DNA from: Raillietiella orientalis
Taxonomy: Eukaryota
Direction: 5' to 3'
DNA length: 64,000 nucleotides
Assembly: GCA_036172245.1 (NCBI GenBank)
Contig: JAYWIR010000018.1
Location: forward strand, 3,100,001-3,164,000
The translations under genes and the position numbers were made by a program. Shown piece after piece: positions 1 through 13,100 of this stretch (position 1 is its first letter; each line of letters begins with the position of its first letter). Below the pieces are notes generated by a model that was given only the letters and a program-made list of their open reading frames with translations, was not told the origin of the DNA and searched no databases.

Positions 1-601
1 TGTTCTCATCCAGACCTTTTTGTGGAATCATCCACCCAGCTTAAGGGACCGCAAATGTGAAATAGTCTGCTTTTGAAGCAGTCACGCTGGGTCCAGGTGA
101 CTTGGAGTAACCTCGATTTCCACGCTCCGCCCCGCCAAATCATTTTTCTGGTGCGGGAGAGCCGGGCCTTTCTTAACTCCCGCTTTCTAGCCCGAAGAAC
201 GAGGGTGTCCTGCACCTGAAACCGTTCGCCATCGCTCCGGAGACACCTGACAATGAGGGCTCAGGAGAAGAGTGGGAGGAAGGAACGGAGAGACGGTCTT
301 ACTTCAGTTCCGAGCCTCTTCACTCTCGTGACCTCTTTTCTTCCTTGGGGGAAAGCTCCCAATTTACCCACCCGCCTGATGGGAGCATCGGAAGATCTCA
401 TACAAATTAGTTTCTGTGCTCTCAGAGGATTGCTGACTGTTCCTGGCGCATTTGTCACCGCCATCTTTGTTGCAGAAGTGTACTGCTGCGGACGCTTTTC
501 TTCCCCTTCCTCTCCTCCTCCCCTCGGTTCCATCGCCACTCTGGAGATGCTGCGAATTCTCTTTTTTTTTCCTTTTTGTTTTAGCTGTTTTGCGAATTCT
601 C

Positions 602-800
602 TTGCATTATTTCGTCACGTCCTAAGCAACGCGACGGTCCAGCACATCGTGGGTGCATCTCATTGTTTCGACGCCGCCCCAGCAACACGAGAACCCGGCG
701 CATCGAGCTTGAGTTGCATTGTTTCGTCACCATCCTGGCAACGCCATAGTCGCCTCACAATACTACTCTTTAACATCGCTCCGCGACGAGAACTCGTGAG
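602..800. repeat. Degenerate tandem repeat, ~56-bp period, 3-4 units
   Basis: CATT(A/G)TTTCG..C....CC...GCAAC recurs at 605, 661 and 717 (exact 56-bp spacing); partial fourth unit (ACGAGAAC) near 786. Confidence 0.7.
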
Positions 801-3800
801 CTCAGCCGGGCTCTGTTCAACGGCTTGCATCAGCTGGTTCTGATCTACGCCCTCCCCCTCTGAGCTCGGTTGCCCCTCATCGCGAGCGTCACGTGTCTTC
901 TGCAAGCTTCGCTCTTATCTGCCGCCGAGATTCCCTTATCGCAGCTCCCGTTCCACACAGATCACGTGACCTAGTCACGATCGCCTTCTCTTCTCCAGTG
1001 GCGGTGATTCCCCCTTTTGCGTTTCCTCCTACTTTACGACCGTTCCCCTTGCCAGAGGCGTCTGGAGGGTCCCACATCCGCACCATGCTGCACACCCTGT
1101 GGCCCATGGAGGCACTTTTTCGAGCGAGACTCCGCTCCGAGCGCCTTCAGCAGCCCTCAGCATCTCCGCAGAGAAGAAGGTGCGGTTCCTGGCACGCCCC
1201 GTACGTATCGCGCCCTCGAATTCCCCTCTGGACTCAGTCGCGCACCACCTGGGCCACACCATCCCCTGGAGTAAACGTTACAGTGGTGCGTATTGGTCGT
1301 TTCCCGGGGAAAGGTTACGAGAACTGCCATGAGACTGCCGTGCGAGACTGCGGGCGGCGGCCACGAAGCTCGTCCGCTTTCTTCAACGGACGGCACCTGA
1401 GTTGCGCGCCACTGTCTTGCGGAGTCGCCATCCTACGACCCCCGCTCGGGAGCGTACGGCCCGTGCTCATGGGGTCTTCCCTGCTCGCCCTGAGATCCGA
1501 CGCGCACCACCTCTGGAGGGGGCCGCACTCCTGGGAGGGAGAATGTGTAAAAGGAAGGTTCGGGAGCTCTTTCGGGCGAAGGCGAAGGAACGCCGTGCCG
1601 CTCCGGAACGAAGGAGGGCGCAAGGATCTGCTGCCCAGCTCCCTGCCCGCCCTCTCAACCGCCGGAGGGTAGACGCTGTCCTGCTTGCTCCGCTCACAGC
1701 TGCACGAGGAATGCTGTCCTAGTCTGGCGGTCCCCTCGGTTCTCCTGCTTTCGTTCTCCAGCCGAGGGAAGCTGGCAAGATGGACGGGCAGAGCGCGGCG
1801 GATGGGCGATGGAAAAGGGGAGAGACGCGAGGAAGGAAGGCAGTCGCTCTTAGGCAATGCAAGAGCGGGTTCGAAGTGCATTTCAGGGAAAGGAAGGGGG
1901 TGGGCAACGTGCCCTGATCCGGGGAGGGCGAGAAAGGCTGCTTCTCCGACCGCCGGGAGACTGCTGAAGATGTGACCGATCGGCCCATTTCCGAACCTCC
2001 CCCCTCCCTTCCTCCTGGAAGGCCACGAAAGTCGCTTCGGGCGACCCGTTCCTCAGGTCGCTCGAGGGGAGCTTGGTGTGAGGGAGGGAGACTTCAGATC
2101 ATCTTTGGGGCCCATCTTCTTCTTTCTTTTTCCTTTATCCCCTCTTCCCTTCTCTTCCCCCTTTCCCGCGCCTTTCTCTCTCTCTCCCCGGCTAAGAAGG
2201 AGACGCTTCCCGGCGACGCCCCAGAAGGCCCCTCTGTTCCCCTTTGTTAGCGGCTCCCTCCTTCCCGGTTTTACGCGCTAGAAATGAGCCGGAAATAGGG
2301 GATTCGTGCCTTGAGGTCGACGCGAAGGTCGGTGTGCCCCGCTTCCCACCTGTCCGGGGGAGCGAGTGCGGGAATGGGGAGAACCACCGCTACGGAATGT
2401 CCCCTCCTTCCTTTTTGGATTCCACTGATGTTGGCTGCCAGGCATTTCTCGGAGCAACGCCCGCAAAAGGTTCCCTCACGCGAGCCGCTTTCTCGGAGCC
2501 CTCTTCTCGGGGGAAGGAGGAGGATCTGGTTGTCCGGAAACGGAAACTTGCGAGGGACCGGGATCGCGGGCCAGAGCGGAGGGAGGCTCGCAGCCGGACG
2601 GCATCCTCGGAATCTGGGTGGGCGTGGGGACCGTTACGGCTTTACCCCGTGCGCCGTGACCCCACGGGGAGCAGGGGAAACCAGTCCCAATGCAGCTGGG
2701 CTGACGTTCTGTAGGAGGTGCTGGAGGCTCCAGGGCTCTTTCTCCCTTCTCTATCTTGCCTAGCCCAGGGGCAGGGGCATTCCGCTTGTCACCACGTCCC
2801 TCCAGGAGTTGGCGTTCCCAGAGAAACGTGTCTGTTGCATTTCGTCTCTTCCTCTCCTGGAAGGGCAGACATCGCTCAGCGACGGGAGATGGAGAGAGGG
2901 ACGACCTCGTCCAAACGACCAGCCTCCTCCTCCACGCGAGGGTGGTCGCGTGGGCAATGAGAGGAGAGCGGATGCTGAAGGGGAGCTACGGCAGACTGCA
3001 GTGGGAGCGCGGAGGGAGCTGTCTTGTGGTTTTCGGGGACACCCCGAGGCTAACAGACGGACCCTCTGGAAGCGTGTCAAGAGCGTCCCTCCCTACTCCA
3101 TTCTCCCTGGAAACTGAAAAGACGCTTTTGCGCTCCCGCACGGTCCCTCGGGTTCGTGCCGCACGGGAGTTGGCGGCCTCGAAGAATAATCAAGCGAGGG
3201 AGGGGAAGGAAAACAGCGGCAGAAAAACGTGGACATCGGGAATGCGGGAGACGGGTGCTCCAGAAGGCTCAGTCGGACGCGCTCGAGTCCGCCGGCGTCA
3301 CCAGCAGCCCTGGCGGGGGCGGGTGGGAGAAGCAGCGTGGCCTCCCGTGGCGGAGAACGACGGTCCGTGGGAGCGGAGGAGGGAACTACGCGTCCGGAAG
3401 GGTCAACAGTTCGCAGCTCCGGGCCGGATTTCACCTGGCAACGATCGGGTGAAAACGTGGAACTGTTTTCCTTCGTAAGACTGCAGCTCGGTCCTTCGGT
3501 CCACGAGGACTCTCGTTGCCTGTCCTGCAGGCAGCCGCATGCCTGTGGCCATGGAACCCCGTAGTGTAGGTGCTGCTGCTGAACGTCGGAATCGATGATT
3601 GCGGACAACAGGGTGTGTGTATGTGCGTGTGGAGGGGAGAGGGGAGAGAGCTACGCGGTTGCTACGCAAAGCTGTTGTCGCGGTCGCATTGTTGCAGCCG
3701 TGAGACGGTTGCCTCGCATCCCTAGCGCGCTTTCTGTGGCGCGCGATCCGCGAGAGCGCACCTCCTCCCGAGCTGCGGCGAGCGCTGCGCCTGCCCCGAA

Positions 3801-6800
3801 AGCACCCAACCCGAAGGGCGCTGACGCAACCTTCTCGGAAACGCAAGTGCTGCTGCTGCGAGTGCCCAGGCGGCGGAGTGAAAGGGAACTCCAGGCCCGG
3901 GCACTGGCGTTCGCAGTTTCTTCCATCGCGGGGCCTGCTCCGTGGAAGGGAGCGCGGAGCTGAATTGCCCTCGGATGCACCGAGCTGAGGGTACGTGTTC
4001 ACCATAGCAACCGTAGGTGCCTTTCGAGTCATGCTGGTAGAGCTCCCCGAAATATGCGCACTGGCTGAAAGTGACATCCTGCTCGGCAGTAGTGTGTGGT
4101 TTGGGAACGCAGCGGCGAGAGGTACTCGATCCGGGATGATCAGGGAGTCGAGTTCCTTGCTGCAACTGCGCTGCCGAAGGCAATGAAAGTGAAAGCTGTA
4201 GGGAGCTGCCCAGGATGCTCGCCGCAATTCAGGTATATGATCGGTGCTCGAAATTGCCCTTCCGAGGTTCTTCCGGCCTCGAACGTGCGGTTCTCCCTCG
4301 GCATCTCGTTGATGTAATTCGAAGTCACCCGCGGAAAGTGGGTTCTTAAATTGCGCGAGAGCATCCGCGCGTCATTCCCCTTCTCGGAAAGAAGGTGGGG
4401 TAGGGGGAGGGGAGAGGAGAGGGGAACGAATGCCTGTGACGGTCGTCTGTCTCAACGGAAACGATCGTGTGGTTTCGCGTAGTGGAAAGAAAAAAAATCA
4501 AGAAAACCAGACAGGAGAACGCAAGAAAATCGGATGCAGTCCCGCACGTAGAACGAACCCCAGGTGTTTTCCCCGCTAGCGAGGCACTGAGATGCACGCT
4601 TTGAGGAATTGGGTTCTACGCAGTTCTCGAAATGCCTGCAGTCTGCATGATAGCGAAGATATTTTCCCTGTGGCCGAGGCGCCACGTGCGAGGAACAGGG
4701 AACCATCTAGCGGACATCTGACTAACTGCTTCCGTGTTCTCCGCAAGGGGAGCAGAGGACGCGCCTCGCGTTGCGTTGCCATTCCTCAGCGGGTGCATCG
4801 AGGGATTCTTCAGTTGAATTCCTGTGTAAATAAGAGAGCTCTTATCTTCCGATTACTCAGTTCCGTAGAGCGCGCAGGTTTCCATCGTTCCCGCTGCATG
4901 GAAAGGTAGAGCTCTATGAAATCTCTGAGGAAATGCCGAAGCATTTCACGGCCTACGATGACTCCTACAAGGATTAAGGCGCAAATGTTTATTGCGTGCG
5001 GGCGTGAATCAGCCACTCGAGGGAGGTGGACGACCGCTTTCTGCAGCGCTGGTGGAGGGGCAGATCCATTCTGTCTTCCGAGTGGCGAATCGATCGCGCC
5101 TCGCGGAAGGCGCGTTTTGGGGGCGAACACCCCTCGTCCCTGGCAGAACGAATAGAACCCGGGAGAGCGGGAAGGAGGCGGGAAAGAAGGATTGGGACAA
5201 GTCCTACTCCCTCTGGTTTGCTAAGGATGCGAACCTAAGAAATCGAACGAGGGTCCGTGGGCCCTGGCTGATTGGGAAGCTCGCTAGTACCGTTGCCACG
5301 GGAAGAATGGGTCCCCTTAATGTGGAGGGGAGGGAAAGGGGGGAAGAATTTTCGAGGTAGTAACCGTACGCGTACCGCAGACTCGATAGTCTGCGGTACG
5401 CGCCATCCCATCTGTGAAGTCACGACGATTGCTAGGCGCATCGCAAGACTACTGCCGCGCCAATCTGACTCTGCGAGGAAGTCTCCCCAGTAACGAGAGC
5501 AGGGCTTCGGGATGGATGCAGAACATAAGAGGGGGAGGGAAGGACGAGGCACACCACGAGTCGCCTCACTTCGATCGGTTGCTCCAAGCCAGACCCGCGT
5601 TCTCAGACCTCCGGTGCCCGTCAGCTGAAGCGCGCACGCCCGCCGTCAACGCGACGACGACTCTGCGACTCCCGCGCGCGCACTTTTCGCGGTCGCTCGC
5701 CGCAGTGTGCCACACGGTCTGCGGGGTGCGTTCAGCCCTTTTCTGGAGTAGCGGGCGGGCAGGAGGCATGGGGGGCGGGACAGGGAGAGGGACTGCACCA
5801 CAGAGGCTCCGGTGATCCTCACACCGGACTCCGAGGCTGGGTCGGGATCGCCAGTCCCTTCCTGGCACTCCTGCTGCCCGTTCAGATGTCTATCTGAACC
5901 CGGCCTCCGGGCTACGGTGGCCGTGACCCAACGCAGGCCCAGTACGGACGAGCGACCCGGATGCAATCGTGGGCTCTCCCGCTTTTCACGGAGCGTGGCG
6001 TGCGTTACGTGGGAGCGCGCGCGGCTACCGGAACGCGCTTAAATGGACACCGGCGAGCGCTTCCTCCTCCTCGGTTGCTAGGGCGGCGGGCACTGCGCGC
6101 GCGTGCGCGCGGCTTTCGTGGCGGCATGCCGCCGCCGCCGCCTCAGCAGACGAACATCTTCCGTCCCACCGCTGGCGCCGGCAACGTTCTCCCCTCCTTC
6201 AGAAACTGTCGAGTCCCCCCTTGGGCGACTGGGAGAAGCACACGCGCCCTCCTCCGGTCTGAGAACTCGGCCTACACTATCTCACATCCTCCCCCGACAT
6301 CCTAGCTCACGGGGAAACCTGCTTCGTAGGTCCCTCTTCGGATCATGGGTACTGCGATCGAATTTTTCTCCTCTTCCGATCCCTCCCCCTCCCATCTTTT
6401 CTGGCGTCGCGCCAACCGCCGGGCGTGCTGCCGACCGACATCGCTCCCGGGCTCTCCATCAGGAGTGCCCCGTACGGAGGACCCTAAACGATCGAGGGTT
6501 TGGGAAGAGACAGCGTCGGCGTACCGGCAGACCGGAAGCAGGTTTCCCTCCCACGAGCCCGTGCTGCCTGCTACGGAGGCTCCCGAACATTCGAGCCCGC
6601 AGCTCCCGGCTTTCTTGCTCCGGGGAAACGCAACAACCCCCTGCAGCGTGTCTCCAAGGAGACGAGGCGAACGCTTTGTTGGGCGGGACTCACCGAGCAG
6701 CAGCACGCAAGGCGCGCACGCTTCCCGTCCCGCCGCTTGCGCACGGAAGCCCACGAGGGCGATGACTCATCCCGAGCCGTGAACGGGACTCCTGCAAGCG

Positions 6801-9800
6801 GCTGACGCGTCCTCCTTCTCCCCTCAACCCACTGCTCCCTCCCGCACTCGTCTCCCTCTCGTGTCCGCTTGGCTGCGATCGCTTCCTGAACATTAGTCCC
6901 GGAAACGGAAGTGAAGAGCACACCATCGAGCAGTGGCGTGCGCGCACGCATCAGGACGCTCCTCATCGCGCGCGCTTGCGTCGTCGGCAACGGAGATTGC
7001 GCGTGCACGCACACAACGTAACCGGTTGGAAGGATTGCATCGTTTCCGCCAGCGTTTCACAAACGCGTATGCGAGCCTCTGGCGCAGTGGTTCTTGCCGG
7101 GAGTCCCCGTCTGCTCCCAGGAAGACTGGCGGCTGTGAAGTGACATCATTCCATCCCAGGTGGTTCGCCCCCGTGGTTCCCTCACGTTTCGGCTTTTCTC
7201 GGTGGTGCCGATCTCCCGAGAAGCGAGCGGGAAGGACGTCCACGGGACTCCGAAGCGACGACGTCCTTCCCGTCCTCTCACGGCGAGTGCCGAAAGCTCT
7301 TTCCCCCTTCTCTGTCCTCCCAAACCTTGCAAACCTTCCTCTTCCCAAGAGAGAAGCCGCCGCCGCCTCGGGGTCGCCTCCTGTGAAAGAGCCTGGATAA
7401 AGGCCGCGAAGGTAGGAATGGAAAGGACCAAGCGATCGCGCCTTTCCCCTCGAAGCCTCTACGTACGAGCCACTGAGAGTCTGTCGTCCAGCATCCCTCT
7501 CCGTTCCTCTCCCTCCCCCCTCACTCCGTCATCTCCAATCCCTTTCCGCCGCCATCCTCCCTTTTTCCCCAGTGCCGTCCGTCTTCGTCCGAACGTGCGC
7601 GTCGGGCGCATTCGGGATGCTCCATCGTAGAAAGCGAGGAATCCCTGCTCTCCCCCCATTCCAAGAGGGTCTTCCTGTATCGACCAGCGGCGGGAAACTT
7701 CCTGGAACGCACCTCTCCCCCTTCTCCTCCTTCCGCTTTTCCCGTTCTTGCGCGTGGTGCCTTCCCTTGAGTCATCGCTAACCGGCTCGTTCGTTCCAGG
7801 CAGTCGTTTGGGAGGAACGCGATGCAGCCCAAGAACCTGGAGCGGCGTTCCGGCAGAGAGCACGCCTCTCTTTCAGAAAGGTAATACATTGTTGCATCTA
7901 CTCTCGCCCACCGGACAATCTCCGATGGGATGGCGGATCTTTCCGTTCTGCGCGTGCGCGAAGGCTGGATGCCCACCTGTTCCTAAGTGCCGCCACCATT
8001 GCCGGCGCGAACTGGGTAGAGCGGAAAAGGGATCAGGAGCCGCATCCTGCAGGTCCCTCCCCTCCTTCTCTCCTCTTCCTCCTTCCACCCCACATCCTAT
8101 CCTTACCCACACCCGGCAAGCGCCCTGCCCCCCGTTTGCCACGCTAGCCTGTCCGTCCGCCGGCTTCCTGTGGCCGCTTTCCCTCAATTCACAGGGTAGA
8201 GGTTGGACGCGGAGGAGGGAAGGGACTCAGAGGAGGAGGAGAGGGCAGGGTCGTGAGCTGTTCCTTCGCCCTGCGCATTCCCCTTGTGTCGGAAACAGCG
8301 ATCCCCCCTCCCGACCCGCTCGCTCCCTGGGAATCTCCTTCGCGCTTTCCGTTTTCTTCTCCCGAAGAGTCCAAAATTAGAATCCCAGCAGTTTTGCCGC
8401 TTTCTCGGTCTCTCTGATCCCTGACGAGACCGTCGTTCGCCTTTCCGATGCGTTCCCTGGCCGATGAGAGGCGAACCGCTCGACAGCCGTGACAAGCAGT
8501 TGCCTAGAGGACGAGGACCGATGCCTCCCGACGGCAACAATGGGCGGTCTCGGCTGCGGTGACAATGCATTCTTCGAGGTAGTCGGGACGCCGCATAGCT
8601 ACGACCCCGAGCATGGATCTCCTCCCTATGCCTCTAGGCGCGATCCCTGAGGGAGCTTAGAACTCCACCGTCACCGACGGCCGTCCTGCGGAGTGGTGGC
8701 GACACTGCTGGTGGAGGAGGGGGTTGCGCCTCCTCCCGGCTCTCCGTGTGGTAGTCCAGAGTCGAGTGCATCTAACGGAGGAGAGAGTTCCCACGAGAGC
8801 TCCTCGTATCCCCTCTTGGACCCGCACAGGTGAAGTAGGGCTTCTGGCCCGAGCTGACTCCCTAGGCGTGGCATTCCTTTCTCTCTCGCCTACTTCCGGG
8901 ATTGTGACTGAAGCTGTGCCGCCAGCAACCCGTATCGCTGCTCACGAACGCAGAGACATGACCTCTGCTGGTGTCCAGGACGGCCGGTGAAGATCGACGG
9001 CTCCTGCGCTAGGAGAGTTCAGCCGTTCGCCGCAAGGCAGCTTTCCAACGAGACCGCTCGACCCGAGACGTCGCAAGAAACGTCCGCGCAGCCTTATGAC
9101 CTCGCCGTCGCGCCAGGCCCACTCGCAAGGCAACCCAGTCAACCGGGAGACGCGCGTGGGCATCCCAGTCAAGCATGGCCTGGGGCATGCTAGCGTTCCA
9201 CTTAGGGACGCTCCCATTGGGGAACTCAGCGCTTCCACCTCAGGCAGAACCCCTGAGGGAGGTCTGCAGGCATCCTCTCCCTGAAAGAAACAGAAGGGCA
9301 CGGGGAGGTGGAGGAGACGGAGCGGACTGGGAGCGAATGCAGCACTCCTCGAGCCGCCGGAGCACTCCAGAATTCCGTCTTGCTGCTGGGGACGGATTTC
9401 GCGGTGGCGCCGGCGACGAGCAGAGAAAGGGGGTACCGTCGCTGGTGCGTACGCGAAGAGGTGCAAAGGACGAGATCGCGCCTCCCGCCCGTGGTGCTCT
9501 TTGCCCCGCCTCCTGCAACGGCGGGTCGGGTGGCACGAGCGGCGCGACAGGGAACCAGAGAAGGAAGGGGAAGAAAGGAAGGAAGGAAGGAGACTCCCGC
9601 TCTCTGGATGGGGGCGTTGCCGTCGTCGTCTCCTCCGCGCCGGAAAGGGGGAACCGCCTTCCCGGTCTACAGAACGGGCCTCCGCCGAATTGGCGCTCGC
9701 GCCGCGCTATCCCGGGTCATGGATGGGTGGCGGGCTCGGGGACGGGGGGGGGGGAGAAGGTCGGACAGACCAGCTGTTCCCCGACCGCTGACATCGTGCG

Positions 9801-10001
9801 GGGCCTCCCGAGAGAGAAGCAATCGGCTGCCTGCGGCGGCGATCACACGCGTTCTCATCTCCAAGGTCACGCGGCTTCTCGGAGCCTGCGGGTAACCCGA
9901 CTCGCGGAGGAGGCGCGCGCTCTGCGGCGGCTGTCTTGTGCGCGCGCGCGCACGGCAGTGATCGCGCGGACCAGCTGCGCGGCGCACCTGCCCGGTGCAC
10001 C

Positions 10002-10177
10002 ATGAGTTTCGAGACCCGGCTCCGGCGTCCATCCCAGGCGATGTTCCCGTTGACCCCCGAGCACGTTGTGGTATACCAAGAGGTCGTTCCTGTAGCCCTT
10101 TCCCCAGCTAAGGGGGGCCTGCCCTTGAGGCTGAAGGCGCGACCCTTCTACCAGCTGCGGACCTTGGTCAGGGTCAG
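10002..10177 (+). CDS. IQSEC: Candidate first coding exon of IQSEC ([15 protein letters not shown]...)
   Basis: ATG in GCACCATGA context; open frame to a strong donor CAG|GTAAGG at 10178; phase 2 matches the next exons. No recognisable homology. Confidence 0.45.
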
Positions 10178-13100
10178 GTAAGGCGCGCGACCACCCTGCC
10201 TTTCATCCTCTGCTTCCACGGCGAGCCCCCACGAGGTGCGGTGGGTCTGCCTCGCCCCGGGGAAACACCCAGGGACCTTCGTCCGTCCTGCTGCCGAGGG
10301 AGCAGAGGGGCGGGCCGGAGAGGGTCGGAGGTCGTCATCCTGGCCGCGAGAGCGGTTTCTGCCCCCGGCCCGTCTGCGCTGCTCCCAGTCTCACCTGCCG
10401 GTGGGTGGACGCGCCGCCCGCAGAGCAGGGAAGCTTCCGGTCACATCCGAGACGGGAGGGACCGCCGTGCGTTGCCCCCCACCCACTCCGCTCCGAGGCG
10501 CGACTTACTCCATCCGGACTCCAGCGTCAACCCCCAGCGATTCGGGGCTGACTTCCACCGTCCGGAAAAGGGGACGGAGCCACGGCTCCGCTCACCAGCC
10601 CTCCCGGGAAGGAGGACCGCGGGGCGCGGTTGCCCTGTGCGATTTCGGAGGGTGCGAAAGGGGAGCGTGGGGTAGGCACCCTCCCTCTGATCCCTGTCGA
10701 TAGCTTCGGAAGGGGATGGGGGGTAAGTAGAAATTGGCAAGGGGAAGAGGAAAGGAAGGAGAGGTCACTCTTCCTGGACGGACATAGAAGGGAAGGAGAG
10801 AGGTCACCCTCCCTCACAGGATGCACGTAACCGAGGAACGGGCGCGCCTGTGATCTCGGGACGAACCAAGTCTTCCTCCCTCCGAACACCTGGTCCCTGC
10901 CTAGAGGCCGCGACGAGGCGTGCGCGAGCGGATAGAAGACGGACGGGATTTCAGAGCGGAGCCGGGAGTGGGAGGCAGAGATCTCGGGAGGAACGACGAG
11001 CCCGACCCCCTCCGTTACTGCCTCACGCGATTCCCCCCCTCCTTCTAAAGAGTGCAGAGATGATCTGGCAACGCGTGTCAGGAATTCATGGCTACACGCC
11101 TAGCAACTCGCTCCGTGCATCCTCTCGTGGACACGAGTGGCGAATGGGGGTCTCGAAAGGAGGAAGCGCAGGAGTTCTCCAGCTGGTGCACACCCTCGCT
11201 CGCCAAGCCACGAGAGTCCTCCGACTTCGGTTACCTAATTCACCTTCCCCTCCTATTTTGCTGCTTCCTCTCTTCCTTTTCCTCCTCCTTCCTCCTCCCC
11301 CTCCCTTCCTGCTCCTCTTCTTCCCTCCCTTCCTCCTCCCTGATGTTACCACTCACGTCCTTCCCTTGCTCCACCCCCTGCATTACTGCTGTTTGGCGCG
11401 ACCACCCCTAGTCTTTTCGTCGTTTCCCCACTACCTTCGCTCCCTCTGGAGTTTTCATGGCATTCCAGGGAAGAGGTCGGGACGGAGGAGAAACGAAGGG
11501 AGGAGGAACGCTGCTGCGTCGCCTCCTGCTGTGAGGAAGCGAGGTCTCTCGTCCTCTACATCCCATCCCAGCAGTTCCCTGCCGTTGCTCCCGCAGCCGC
11601 CGCTGCAGCTGCTCCGAGGTCGGTGGAAACGACACGGAGGTCTGCACTCCCAGCGGAACCACCAAATCGAGGTGGAGAAGAGCGGGCGGCCGTCAGCGGA
11701 GAGAGTGTCGGCGGTTGCGCGCGCGTAACTGCCGGGCCTCTCTTCCTTGACCCGCTTCTGGGGGCGGCGCTCCGGCCTTCCCTCGCCAGAAGGAGCAGCA
11801 AAGCGTCCCCGCGACACCAACGCCCTGCCTCCCTCCCCCCGTCTTTTGCTCGAGAAGAAGGGAAAAAGAGGGTTAGAGGAGCAAGATAGGGACCGTGGGG
11901 AAAGGTTCGTACCCTTCCTCCCACTTCCCTCATTCTCAAGGAACCCCCAGCTGCCGCAGAGCATCGCGCGCTCTTTTACGATTGCCACAGTTCGCTGATT
12001 CTCCGCCGCGCACGCGCATGCCCTCCGCCTCGCCAACGGCTGTTCCTTCTCTCTTCCTCACCCTTCTTCCTCCTCTTCCCCTCCACGTCTTCTTTCCTTT
12101 TCTTTTCGTTTCGTTCTTCTTTCCTCCGCATTCCTCTTTCCGTCGTCTCTTTCATTCTTGCTCCTGTTCCTTTCTTCGTCTTTTTCCCCTTCCTTTTCTT
12201 CCTTTTTCCTCTTCGCTTTTCGTCCTCCTCCCTTCTGTGTTGCTTCCCTTGCAGCTCCTCTGCCTTTCTCCCATCCCGGAAAGGAAGGAAAGGAGGAGAG
12301 GCAGCACGCGCATCTGGCACATCATCCCTCTTGGACATCTGGCGCTTGCTGCGGTCCGTCATCTGCGGGGCTCCTTTCTTCCACTCCCCCCCCCCTCACG
12401 CCTCGGAAGGGGGGAGAAGAAGAGGAAAACAAAGGAGCAGAGGGCACGCGCGCGCGACGGGCGGCCAAACGGGCTGGTCCACCTCGGCAGCACAGGGACT
12501 TCCGACACGCACTCGGGACTATAGCGGCGGTGGCCACTTCCTCTCAGCCTCCGCTCTCAGGCGGACACTCAGGGAGGGCTGTGGAAGGGTACGGACTGCC
12601 AAGACCATACCGGTCATTTGAACGCGCTGCCCTCGCAGTCAAGGGGAGCGGCGAAAGGAGCATTACCGGGACAACGCACATCTTCCCCCTCTTTTCCCTT
12701 TCATTTATCTCTCAGCTTCCGGATTAGCCCGAGGGATGGCTCTGCTTCCGCAGCTCCTTCTCCCCTGGCCCCTCCGTCCTGCCCGGCCGTCCTTTGCGTG
12801 CTCATCCCTCATAGGAAGGCTCGCGCTCCCCTCCAGACTTTCGTCTGTGGGGAACCCCAGCGTGCGGTACCCAGGTCGCTCCTGTTCAGTCCGCCTCTGT
12901 CCCTCGAGGGGCGCGCCGGAGGCTACGCGCCGTCTTCAGCGGTGGCCACGCGTGGTCATCACCAGTCGCTGCCACCCGTCCCCTTGTCTTCTCCCCCGCC
13001 GCCCTCTTTCTCGAGCCTTAACCTTCCTCTGGGTTCCACGAAGCGAAGGGTAACAGGGGGAGGAGCCCTCTTGTGCCTCCCTGCAACGCCTCCGGGTTCG

